From positions 5,140-69,139 of the forward strand of contig CALVUX010000004.1 in the NCBI GenBank assembly GCA_944363715.1: 64,000 bases of DNA. Direction: 5' to 3'. The position numbers and the translations under genes are program-made. Origin of the DNA: an uncultured Bacilli bacterium (lineage in GTDB: Bacteria; Bacillota_I; Bacilli_A; RF39; UBA660). Below the pieces are notes generated by a model. It ran no database searches. It was not told the DNA's origin and was given only the letters and a program-made list of their open reading frames with translations. This document shows positions 1 to 8,645 of the stretch, piece after piece (within the stretch, counting starts at the first letter, position 1; each line of letters begins with the position of its first letter).

Positions 1-2
1 GC

Positions 3-296
3 TGTGCATATTTATTATTATTTAGTACTTTTTCCTTTAAGAATAAATTTATAAATTGGTTATCTACCTTAATGATTGGTGTGTATTTAATTCATGAATC
101 AGAATTGTTGAAACCTTATGTATATAAGTTATTTCCTTTTTTCGTAGAGAAATATTCTCCTATTGAGATAATATTACAAATTGTTGTGGTAGCTTGTATA
201 ATATTTGTCTGTTCAATTATCATTGAGTTTTTTAGGAAAAAAGCTATGATGTTAATAGGACTTTTAATAAAAAAGGTAAAAAAGAAAAAAGTTTGA
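3..296 (+). CDS. 3' end of a membrane acyltransferase-like gene (acyltransferase_3 / O-acetyltransferase type), truncated by the window edge
   Basis: The frame of the 72..296 ORF stays open back to nt 3. The product is hydrophobic with TM segments and a KK-rich tail. It lies at the edge of a glycan locus. Family assignment is weak. Confidence 0.3.
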   Translation, partial: CAYLLLFSTFSFKNKFINWLSTLMIGVYLIHESELLKPYVYKLFPFFVEKYSPIEIILQIVVVACIIFVCSIIIEFFRKKAMMLIGLLIKKVKKKKV

Positions 297-388
297 AATA
301 GAAGTTTTGTATATTTAATATTTAGAATTATTTACTGTCTTTATTTTTTATTATAAATACGATATAATCTAATTTATAGGAGGAAAAT

Positions 389-2686
389 ATGAAAAAAAGT
401 GTATTTTTTGTTGCTTTGCTTGCAATTAGTTTAGTATTTTTTAATGTTAGTGCTTTGGGCAAAACTGGATTTTTTAAGGAAGCTGGCTCACTTTATTATT
501 ATAAAGATGGTATAGTCCAAAAAGGCATTACAGAAATAGATGGAGAAGATTATTTCTTAGGTGAGTATACAGGTAAGGTTCAGATAGGTTTTGTGACATC
601 TTCATTGACAGGAGATATCTATTATACTAATCAAGATGGAATAATTCAAAAAGGATTTGTTTCAGTTAATGATGCGACTTATTATTTTGATTCTGATGGT
701 AAGTTAGTTAAAGGTATTACTAATATAGATGGAGAAGATTATTTTTTAGGAGAATATACAGGTAAGGTTCAAATAGGTTTTGTGACATCTTCATTGACAG
801 GAGATATCTATTATACTAATAGAGACGGAAAAATCCAAAAAGGATTTGTTTCAGTTGATGATGCAACTTATTATTTTGATTCTGATGGTAAGTTAGTTAA
901 AGGTATTACTAATATAGATGGAGAAGATTATTTTTTGGGTGAGTACACAGGTAAAGTTCAAGTAGGATTTGTTACATCTTCATTGACAAGAAATCGTTAT
1001 TATACAGATAAAACCGGAAAGATTTTGAAAGGTATTACTAATATAGATGGAGAAGATTATTTCTTAGGTGAGTACACAGGTAAAATTCAAGTAGGATTTG
1101 TACAATCAAGTATAAATAATAAGTATTATTATACAGGAGAAGATGGAAAAATTTATAAAGGTGAATTTAGTTATAATGGTAATACTTATAATACTTTAGA
1201 AGATGGAAGTCTAATAGAAGGATTTTATAAGGATGGTTTAGATAGTTATTATTATATTTTTGGTATAAAACAATATGGTATTATTAATATAGATGGAGAA
1301 GATTATTTTTTAGGAGAATATACAGGTAAAGTTCAAGTAGGATTTGTAACATCTTCATTGACAGGAAATCGTTATTATACAGATAAAACCGGAAAGATTT
1401 TGAAAGGTATTACTAATGTAGATGGAGAAGATTATTTCTTAGGTGAGTACACAGGTAAAATTCAAGTAGGATTTGTACAATCAAGTATAAATAATAAGTA
1501 TTATTATACAGGAGAAGATGGAAAAATTTATAAAGGTGAATTTAGTTATAATGGTAATACTTATAATACTTTAGAAGATGGAAGTCTAATAGAAGGATTT
1601 TATAAGGATGGTTTAGATAGCTATTATTATATTTTGGGTATAAAACAATATGGAATTACTAATATAGATGGGGATGATTACTTTTTAGGAGAATATACAG
1701 GTAAAGTTCAAGTAGGATTTGTAACATCTTCATTGACAGGAGATCGTTATTATACAGATGAAAATGGAAAGATTTTGAAAGGTATTACCAATATAAATGG
1801 TCAGAGATATTTTTTAGGTGAGCTTTCTGGTAAAATTCAAATTGGTTGGGTTAATTCTTTAACTGGAAATATATATTATACAAATCAAGAAGGAATTATT
1901 CAAACAGGTATCCAAACAATTGATGGACGGGTTTATAAGTTTGATGAAAATGGTGTTATTCAAACTGGTTTTCAAACTATAAATGGTAATACTTATTATT
2001 ATAATTATGATGGAAGTATTGCAACTGGTGTTCAAAAAATTCATGGAGTTTGGTATCGATTTAATCAGGATGGAGTGTTACGTGAGCAAAACTTTAAAAG
2101 ATTAGCAGATATATCTTATCACCAAGGAAATATTGATTGGGATACTTTATGGAATTCTAACGAAATTGATGGTGTTATTTTAAGAATTGGTTATAATGGA
2201 TATGAAGATGTAAATTTTGCTAATTATTTAAGTAATGTTAAACGTTTAAATATACCTTATGGCATTTATATGTATAGTTATGCTCATAATCCTGCTGAGG
2301 CTATTTTTGAAGCTAATGCTACAATTCAGTTGCTCAATAAATATAATGTTAATCCTAATTATCCAATTTATTATGATATTGAGAGGTATAGTATACCTAG
2401 TCAAAATGAAAGCTCTGATGATATAAGTAAAGAAGATTATGAGGGAATGGTTTATAATTTTGTTAATCGCCTTAAAGCAGCTGGTTACGATGCTAAGGTT
2501 TATACTTATTTAAATTATGCAATGACAAGATTTAATGATAATACGAGAAGTATGGTTGATTGGATTGCACATTATACTGATGGAGATTGTGGATATACTT
2601 TACCTCATAGAGGATGGCAATATACTTCATCTGGTAGTCTTCCTGGTATTGCTGGTAATGTTGATTTAAATATATTTTATTATTAG
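389..2686 (+). CDS. Secreted GH25 muramidase (lysozyme) with a long array of CW_binding_1-type cell-wall-binding repeats
   Basis: RBS AGGAGG 8 nt upstream. Signal peptide MKKSVFFVALLAISLVFFNVSA. About 20 repeats of G-x-x-x-IDGxxYYF/GxxxxGF type. C-terminal DISYHQGNIDW...GVILRIGY...YYDIE...GWQYTSSGSLPGIAGNVDLNIF is typical of GH25. Confidence 0.85.
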   Translation: MKKSVFFVALLAISLVFFNVSALGKTGFFKEAGSLYYYKDGIVQKGITEIDGEDYFLGEYTGKVQIGFVTSSLTGDIYYTNQDGIIQKGFVSVNDATYYFDSDGKLVKGITNIDGEDYFLGEYTGKVQIGFVTSSLTGDIYYTNRDGKIQKGFVSVDDATYYFDSDGKLVKGITNIDGEDYFLGEYTGKVQVGFVTSSLTRNRYYTDKTGKILKGITNIDGEDYFLGEYTGKIQVGFVQSSINNKYYYTGEDGKIYKGEFSYNGNTYNTLEDGSLIEGFYKDGLDSYYYIFGIKQYGIINIDGEDYFLGEYTGKVQVGFVTSSLTGNRYYTDKTGKILKGITNVDGEDYFLGEYTGKIQVGFVQSSINNKYYYTGEDGKIYKGEFSYNGNTYNTLEDGSLIEGFYKDGLDSYYYILGIKQYGITNIDGDDYFLGEYTGKVQVGFVTSSLTGDRYYTDENGKILKGITNINGQRYFLGELSGKIQIGWVNSLTGNIYYTNQEGIIQTGIQTIDGRVYKFDENGVIQTGFQTINGNTYYYNYDGSIATGVQKIHGVWYRFNQDGVLREQNFKRLADISYHQGNIDWDTLWNSNEIDGVILRIGYNGYEDVNFANYLSNVKRLNIPYGIYMYSYAHNPAEAIFEANATIQLLNKYNVNPNYPIYYDIERYSIPSQNESSDDISKEDYEGMVYNFVNRLKAAGYDAKVYTYLNYAMTRFNDNTRSMVDWIAHYTDGDCGYTLPHRGWQYTSSGSLPGIAGNVDLNIFYY
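527..1654. repeat. Intragenic tandem DNA repeats: 2 x 189 bp (527-715, 716-904), then 2 x 375 bp (905-1279, 1280-1654), plus a partial third copy to about 1830
   Basis: Near-identical nucleotide and protein blocks (ITNIDGEDYFLGEYTGKVQ[IV]GFVTSSLTG...) read directly in the sequence. Periods are 63 aa and 125 aa. Confidence 0.85.
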
Positions 2687-2707
2687 ATATTAGTGAGGGA
2701 GTTTGAG

Positions 2708-4300
2708 ATGAGAAAAATTGAGATATTAGATTGCACTTTAAGAGATGGTGGATATGTTAATGATAATGAGTTTGGTTATGATAATATTAAACGATTAATA
2801 AAGTATTTGGAAGAGGCTAAAATCGAATTGATAGAATGTGGTTATTTAATGGATACTAAAGAAGAGTATTCTATTGATAGAACTGAATATCGAAAGATGG
2901 AAGAGCTAGAAGAACAAAATTTAATCGATGATACTGGGAAAAACCAATATACGTTAATGTTATTAGGGGAAAAATACAAAATTGAAAATTTACCATTAAG
3001 TAGTAATAGCAATAATATATTAAGAATGTCTTTTCATAAGAAAAGCTTACCTAAAGCAATTGAATATGCTAAAGAAATTAGGAAAAAAGGGTATCGTTTG
3101 TTTTTACAACCTACAGTTATATTAGGATATAATGAAGAAGAAATTAAAGAAATGATTCGAGTTTGTAATGAAGAACTTGATTTAGAAGGACTAGCTATTG
3201 TAGATACTTTTGGACAAATGACCCCTCAAGATGTTATTTATTTATCAAAGTTATTTGATTCTAATTTAAAGCCTGAAACTAAATTAGCTTTTCATGTTCA
3301 TAATAATCTACAGATGGCTTTTGCAAATGCTCTTGCTTTTATAGAAAGTACTTCTGAAGAAAGAAATATAGTTATTGATAGTTCTATTTATGGAATGGGA
3401 AGAGGAGCAGGTAATTTGCCTACAGAATTGATTGCAAATTATCTAAATGAAAAAGAAGGAAAAGAATATTTATTATCGCCATTATTAGAAGCTTCAGATA
3501 ATATTTTAGAAAAAATAAAAAATGAAAATTCTTGGGGCTATTCATTACCATATTATTTATCTGCTATTTATGCTTGTCATCCATCATATATTTTGTATTT
3601 ATTAAATAAGAAAATGCTTAATAGTAGTGATATCCATAAAGTAGTTCAGATGATTAGTGAACAAAAGAAAACAGAATATGATGCTGCTTATATTGAAGAA
3701 TTATATCAAATCTATAATGACCATACTTATTCTGATGAGAGCTCTTATAAAAAATTATCTAATTTTGTTGATGGAAAAGAAGTTCTTTTGATCGGCCCTG
3801 GTAAGAGTATTATAACTTATCAAGAGCAGTTAGATAATTATATTAATAATTCTGATTGCTTTGTTATTACTATTAATAATCCTAATTTACATAAACATAA
3901 TGCTGTATTTTATAGTAATAGGAAAAGATATCAAGAAACTTATGATACCTTGAATTCTAATGATATTAAAATAATTACTTCTAATATTAGTTGTGAAGAT
4001 AAAGATAATACTCTTATTTTTGATTATAGAAATTCCTTATCTAAGCTTGATGGAGTTTCCGATTCAGCTTTATTAGTTTGTTTAAATATTTTAAGTCATA
4101 CCAATGTTAAAAGGGTTCTTTTAGCAGGCTTTGATGGCTTTACTTCTTGTATGGAAGAAAACTTTTATCAAACTGATATTGCCTATTTACTTGATAAAAA
4201 TTATATTGATAATTTAAATTCTACTATGGAAAGAAATATAAAGAAATATCAAGAGAAGATGTTGATTAAAACATTAACTCCATCTAGAAATATTAGTTAG
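2708..4300 (+). CDS. Fusion protein: N-terminal HMGL-like (pyruvate/2-oxoacid) aldolase TIM barrel plus C-terminal DUF115 / MAF_flag10 (MptE-like) domain
   Basis: ATG at 2708 follows RBS GAGGGAG; the ORF-track GTG at 2693 is less likely. Motifs DCTLRDGG and FHVHNNLQMAFANALAF (HxH metal site) mark the HMGL family. The C-terminal half has VLLIGPGKSI...LLAGFDGF, resembling DUF115. Confidence 0.6.
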   Translation: MRKIEILDCTLRDGGYVNDNEFGYDNIKRLIKYLEEAKIELIECGYLMDTKEEYSIDRTEYRKMEELEEQNLIDDTGKNQYTLMLLGEKYKIENLPLSSNSNNILRMSFHKKSLPKAIEYAKEIRKKGYRLFLQPTVILGYNEEEIKEMIRVCNEELDLEGLAIVDTFGQMTPQDVIYLSKLFDSNLKPETKLAFHVHNNLQMAFANALAFIESTSEERNIVIDSSIYGMGRGAGNLPTELIANYLNEKEGKEYLLSPLLEASDNILEKIKNENSWGYSLPYYLSAIYACHPSYILYLLNKKMLNSSDIHKVVQMISEQKKTEYDAAYIEELYQIYNDHTYSDESSYKKLSNFVDGKEVLLIGPGKSIITYQEQLDNYINNSDCFVITINNPNLHKHNAVFYSNRKRYQETYDTLNSNDIKIITSNISCEDKDNTLIFDYRNSLSKLDGVSDSALLVCLNILSHTNVKRVLLAGFDGFTSCMEENFYQTDIAYLLDKNYIDNLNSTMERNIKKYQEKMLIKTLTPSRNIS

Positions 4301-4314
4301 AAAGAAGGTAAAAT

Positions 4315-5064
4315 ATGAAAGTAGTTGCAGTTATTCCAGCACGTTATAATTCATCGCGTTTTAAAGGTAAGCCTTTAGAATTAATTAATGATGAACCAAT
4401 GATAGCATGGGTTTATGGACAAGTAAAACAGGTTAAAGGACTTGATGATGTTTATGTTGCAACAGATGACGATAGAATTGAAAAGGTTTGTAAAGAGAAA
4501 AATATTAAAGTTATATTAACAAAAAATACGCATTCTACTAGTACAGAAAGAGTACAAGAAGTTTCAGAAACTGTTAAGGCAGATTTATATCTTGTTATTA
4601 ATGGAGATGAACCTTTAATTAATCCTAAAATGATTGAGAAGATAATTCCTGAATCTATTCCAGACAACAGTAAAGTTTATGTTGCTAATTTAATGAGCAA
4701 AATAAAGAATCCTGTTGAAGTTGTTGATTTTACAAATATTAAAGTTGTATTTGATAAATTGTCTTATGCTATGTTCTTTTCAAGAAGTCCTATTCCTTAT
4801 CCGAAGGGAAGTATGGAATACGAATATTATAAACATGTAGGAGTATTAATTTATAATAAAAAAGCTTTAGATTTTTTTGCTAGTACTGAAAAAGGCCCTT
4901 ATGAGACTGTAGAAGATGTAAATGAAATTCGTTTTCTTGAAAACGGAAAGAAAATAAAGATGATTGAAGTTGAAAGCGAAAGTTTATCTGTTGATACGCC
5001 TAAGGATTTAGAACATATTCGTGATATTGTAAAAGAAAAACATTTATCATGTTATCGTTTTTGA
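4315..5064 (+). CDS. kdsB: KdsB-type cytidylyltransferase (3-deoxy-manno-octulosonate cytidylyltransferase family; CMP-ulosonic acid synthetase)
   Basis: MKVVAVIPARYNSSRFKGKPL..., STSTERVQEV and VINGDEPLINP closely parallel E. coli KdsB (IPARYASTRLPGKPL, SGTERLAEV, VQGDEPMI). The symbol denotes the family; the substrate is unproven. Confidence 0.7.
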   Translation: MKVVAVIPARYNSSRFKGKPLELINDEPMIAWVYGQVKQVKGLDDVYVATDDDRIEKVCKEKNIKVILTKNTHSTSTERVQEVSETVKADLYLVINGDEPLINPKMIEKIIPESIPDNSKVYVANLMSKIKNPVEVVDFTNIKVVFDKLSYAMFFSRSPIPYPKGSMEYEYYKHVGVLIYNKKALDFFASTEKGPYETVEDVNEIRFLENGKKIKMIEVESESLSVDTPKDLEHIRDIVKEKHLSCYRF

Positions 5065-5096
5065 ATGTATAGTTTCTTAAAGGGAGGTGTTTACAA

Positions 5097-7862
5097 GTGA
5101 TTGTACCTATTATTTTTGAGAGTGAAGAATATATTAAAGAAAAACCAGCTTATTTATGGGTCTTTTATAAATTTGCTCGTTTTTCTTTAGATAGCAATAG
5201 TCCGATTATTGCTACTGAAGAATACTTTAAAAAGCCTTCTTATTATAAGGAATGTAAACATTCTGCTACGATTGTAATGGATTATTATGGTATTAATGAT
5301 GATTCTTACGATAGCTTAAAAAAATATGTTATTACAGATGAAGAAAAAAGAAGTATTTTGGAGCAGTTTCCTAATAATGTTGATGCATGGATTCATTTAC
5401 TTAAAGAAAGAGATGAAAAATTGGAGGAAATATTAGAAAAAGCTATTAATTATCTTGAATCTAAATATGAAAAAGTGGATGCATTCATGGTATGGACTTA
5501 TTTACCTAGTATTGATTATATTGCTAAAAAACACAAAGTAGTTTTGATAAATCAAGAGGCTAGTGCAATTAGGACGCCATTTTATAATCGTTTGTTAAAT
5601 TATTTTCAGTTTCAAAATAAATATGATACAAGTAATTTGAAAGAGCAGTATTCATTATTTTGCGAATCAGAAAATGTATTATGTTTAAGTAGAAAAGAAC
5701 TTTTCGCTCTTTTAGCAGATAAACAAAATATACATTATTTGAATGAAATAAATTCTGATCCCCTTTATGAGATTGGTTACGGCTTGGGAGTTGCTACTGA
5801 TTGTTTTGCAAAGGTATATTCTAAATGGAATCAAGATGATGTATTGAAAGCGATTAGTCATTTAACTTCTCCTAATAAAATATGTATTCGTCCTCATCCT
5901 AAAGAGCCTATTGACCTTTCAACATGGGGATTTGTTAAAGATGATTCCCCAACATCGTTTGATTGGATTTTAAAATGTAGACGTATTGTTGCAGATTTGT
6001 CAAATGTTTCTTTTGAAGCTGCTCTGATAGGAAGAACCGTTATTTCTCTTTCTGCATGCATGCCTTCTTCTTTTGGAGAAGAAAGTTCTCTAGATTATTT
6101 AGAAGAAGAAGTAATGAGTGTAAAGAAATTAAATTTTCTACTCTTTGCATGGTTTACACCAGAAGAATTAACACAAGATGTTGAATATGTTAGATGGAGA
6201 TTAACTAATCCTCATCCTATAGAAATATATAAAAGAAATCTTGAATACATTTTAAAATCTTTTGATATGAATTATCAAGATCTTATTACTTTAGAAGTAA
6301 AAGATAGATTAGACTATATTTTAAGAAGAAGACAAATTGATAAAGAAATAGTTTCTGATAATAAAGATAAAAGTTTAAATAAAAAATGTGATAATACTAT
6401 AGAAGGAATGTTAAGGCAAATGAAAGATATAAATAGTTATAAAATGACTTCATATGATTATAGAAAACTTATTGTAGAATTAAATAAGAAAATTAATGAG
6501 TTATATAGTAGTAATGAGTTGCTTAAAAATGAAAATAAATGTTTATTGGATACGAAAAAGTTTTATCAAGATGAGTTAAATAAGGTGCTTAATAGTTCAA
6601 GTTGGAAATTAACTAGTCCACTTAGAAAATTAAAGTCTATAGGAAAAAAAGAAGTAATTGAAAAGAAGAATGATGTGCAAGAAAAAGAAGAACCTAGGGT
6701 TGTTACTCATTCATATAAAGAATATGCACCATATACAAGTACTTATCAAGATAATATTGATTTTTCTAAATATAATACTGATATTAAAACTTTGGCTTTT
6801 TATTTACCACAATATCATACCTTTAAAGAAAATGATTTATGGTGGGGAAGAGGTTTTACAGAGTGGGTTAATACTAAGAAAGCTAAACCTAGATTTGATG
6901 GGCATTATCAACCTAGAATACCACACAAAGATTTTGGCTACTATACATTAGATAATGTTGAAACGATAAAAAAACAAGTTAAGTTAGCAAAAGAACATAA
7001 AATATATGGTTTTGTTTTCTATTATTATTGGTTTTCTGGTAAAAGATTAATGGAAAAACCTATAGATTTGTTTTTTAAAGATAAGAGTATTGATTTTCCT
7101 TTTTGCTTTTGTTGGGCTAATGAGAATTGGACTAGGACTTGGGATGGACTTGAAAATGATGTACTAATTAAACAAGATTATAAAAAAGATGATTATAGAA
7201 AATTTATAAAAGATATAAAAAAATATCTTTTAGATGATCGTTATATTAAAATAGATGGAAAGCCAGTGATAATGATTTACAATCCTAGTGCTATTCCTAA
7301 TTTTAAGGAGTTAGTAACTAAGTGGAGGCAATATGCAATTGATGAGGGTATTGGTGAACTTTATATTATGGATAAATGTGAACTAGCTGATACAAATTAT
7401 AAATATACTGAATATACTGATGCTTCTTTCGATTTTCCACCACATGGTGTAGGCCATCCTGCTACAAAATTAACAGGCTTAAGTTCACCTAAAATATTTA
7501 ACTATAAGAAAATAGTTGAAGACATTGACCATTTATATAAAGAACATTTTCCACTTAAACCATTTTATTATTCTATAACAATGGGATGGGATAATTCTGC
7601 TAGAAGAAAAGATGGCTATACTATTTATTATAACTATTCATTAGAAAGCTTTTATAAGTGGTTAAAAATAATAATAAGAGAAACTAGAAGAAGAAATGAT
7701 GAAGAGCATAGATTTATTTTTGTTAATGCTTGGAATGAGTGGGCTGAAGGTACTTATTTAGAGCCTGATGAAAAATATGGCTATGCCAATATTAATACTT
7801 TATCAAAAGCAATTTGTGATTTGCCTTTAGATAAGGAAGATGCAAAAAAAAATAAAATGTGA
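5097..7862 (+). CDS. 921-aa multidomain glycosyltransferase: unassigned N-terminal domain with an HP motif, a central coiled-coil, and a C-terminal WbsX-family GT domain
   Basis: GTG start 9 nt after GGAGG. N-terminal domain of about 430 aa has ICIRPHPKEP followed by SNVSFEAALIGRTVISL. A heptad-rich segment at aa ~440-510 ends in SSSWKLTSPLRKL. The C-terminal FYLPQYHTFKENDLWWGRGFTEWVN...YYWFSGKRLMEKP...NAWNEWAEGTYLEPD matches Glyco_tran_WbsX. Confidence 0.65.
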   Translation: MIVPIIFESEEYIKEKPAYLWVFYKFARFSLDSNSPIIATEEYFKKPSYYKECKHSATIVMDYYGINDDSYDSLKKYVITDEEKRSILEQFPNNVDAWIHLLKERDEKLEEILEKAINYLESKYEKVDAFMVWTYLPSIDYIAKKHKVVLINQEASAIRTPFYNRLLNYFQFQNKYDTSNLKEQYSLFCESENVLCLSRKELFALLADKQNIHYLNEINSDPLYEIGYGLGVATDCFAKVYSKWNQDDVLKAISHLTSPNKICIRPHPKEPIDLSTWGFVKDDSPTSFDWILKCRRIVADLSNVSFEAALIGRTVISLSACMPSSFGEESSLDYLEEEVMSVKKLNFLLFAWFTPEELTQDVEYVRWRLTNPHPIEIYKRNLEYILKSFDMNYQDLITLEVKDRLDYILRRRQIDKEIVSDNKDKSLNKKCDNTIEGMLRQMKDINSYKMTSYDYRKLIVELNKKINELYSSNELLKNENKCLLDTKKFYQDELNKVLNSSSWKLTSPLRKLKSIGKKEVIEKKNDVQEKEEPRVVTHSYKEYAPYTSTYQDNIDFSKYNTDIKTLAFYLPQYHTFKENDLWWGRGFTEWVNTKKAKPRFDGHYQPRIPHKDFGYYTLDNVETIKKQVKLAKEHKIYGFVFYYYWFSGKRLMEKPIDLFFKDKSIDFPFCFCWANENWTRTWDGLENDVLIKQDYKKDDYRKFIKDIKKYLLDDRYIKIDGKPVIMIYNPSAIPNFKELVTKWRQYAIDEGIGELYIMDKCELADTNYKYTEYTDASFDFPPHGVGHPATKLTGLSSPKIFNYKKIVEDIDHLYKEHFPLKPFYYSITMGWDNSARRKDGYTIYYNYSLESFYKWLKIIIRETRRRNDEEHRFIFVNAWNEWAEGTYLEPDEKYGYANINTLSKAICDLPLDKEDAKKNKM

Positions 7863-7892
7863 TATACTTATGAACATAAGGAGGAGTACTTG

Positions 7893-8636
7893 ATGGCTAA
7901 AAAAGATAGTGAATTTGCTATAAGAGTAAAAAATGTAACAAAGTATTTTAAATTATACTATGACAAACCGAATACATTAAAAGAAAGACTTGTTAATATT
8001 ACTCGTAATAAAGCTGAAAATAGAATAGTTTTAGAAAATATTAATCTTGATATAAAAAAAGGAGAAACCGTTGCTTTAGTTGGTACTAATGGTAGCGGTA
8101 AATCTACACTTTTGAAATTAATGACTAAGATTATTTATCCTAATAAAGGAACAATAGTTACTAATGGAAAATTAACATCTCTTTTGGAATTAGGAGCTGG
8201 TTTTCATCCTGATTTTACTGGTAGAGAAAATATTTATTTTAATGCAGCTATTTTTGGATTGTCAAAATCAGAAATAGATAAAAGATTAGATGATATTATT
8301 TCATTTTCTGAATTAGATAATTTTATTGATAGTCCAGTTCGTACTTATTCTTCAGGAATGTATATGAGGCTTGCTTTTTCCATTGCTATTAATGTTGATG
8401 CTGATATTTTATTAGTAGATGAGATTTTGGCTGTAGGAGATCAACATTTTCAAGAAAAGTGTTTTGCTAAATTAAATGAACTTAAAAAAAGTGATAAAAC
8501 AATTGTTATTGTTACGCATGATTTAAATGCAGTAAAAAAGTTATGTACTAGAGCAGTATGGATTTATGGAGGTAAAATTAGAATGGATGATGAGCCAAAT
8601 AAAGTAGTAGAGGAATACTTAAAAATATGTCAGTAG
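7893..8636 (+). CDS. Polysaccharide/teichoic-acid ABC exporter ATP-binding protein (TagH / Wzt / RgpD-like, no C-terminal CBM)
   Basis: Walker A GTNGSGKST, signature YSSGMYMRLAF, Walker B ILLVDEILAVGD, H-loop VTHD. ATG at 7893 lies 8 nt after AGGAGG. Confidence 0.85.
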   Translation: MAKKDSEFAIRVKNVTKYFKLYYDKPNTLKERLVNITRNKAENRIVLENINLDIKKGETVALVGTNGSGKSTLLKLMTKIIYPNKGTIVTNGKLTSLLELGAGFHPDFTGRENIYFNAAIFGLSKSEIDKRLDDIISFSELDNFIDSPVRTYSSGMYMRLAFSIAINVDADILLVDEILAVGDQHFQEKCFAKLNELKKSDKTIVIVTHDLNAVKKLCTRAVWIYGGKIRMDDEPNKVVEEYLKICQ

Positions 8637-8645
8637 GTGATTACA

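Noticed and set aside
1859-2044. Antisense or embedded short ORFs from the six-frame track. Minus strand: 1859-2044, 4452-4667, 14635-15033, 21627-21839, 22324-22512, 23240-23446, 23355-23576, 37617-37799, 46075-46257, 56987-57169, 58775-59020 and 59789-59992. Plus strand: 6658-6951, 23945-24172, 35414-35599 and 41820-42023.
   Set aside because: Each lies wholly inside a longer ORF with clear family motifs. They have Ile/Asn/Leu/Ser/Phe-rich translations typical of AT-rich antisense frames, and no RBS.
2693-2707. Upstream alternative starts proposed by the ORF track (e.g. 2693, 8637, 9406, 12234, 15466, 19518, 25323, 29976, 38155, 42133, 56376, 58250, 59648 and 61597)
   Set aside because: In each case a downstream ATG with a properly spaced GGAGG-type RBS gives a product that begins at the family-typical N-terminus. 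The longer forms overlap the upstream gene or lack an RBS.
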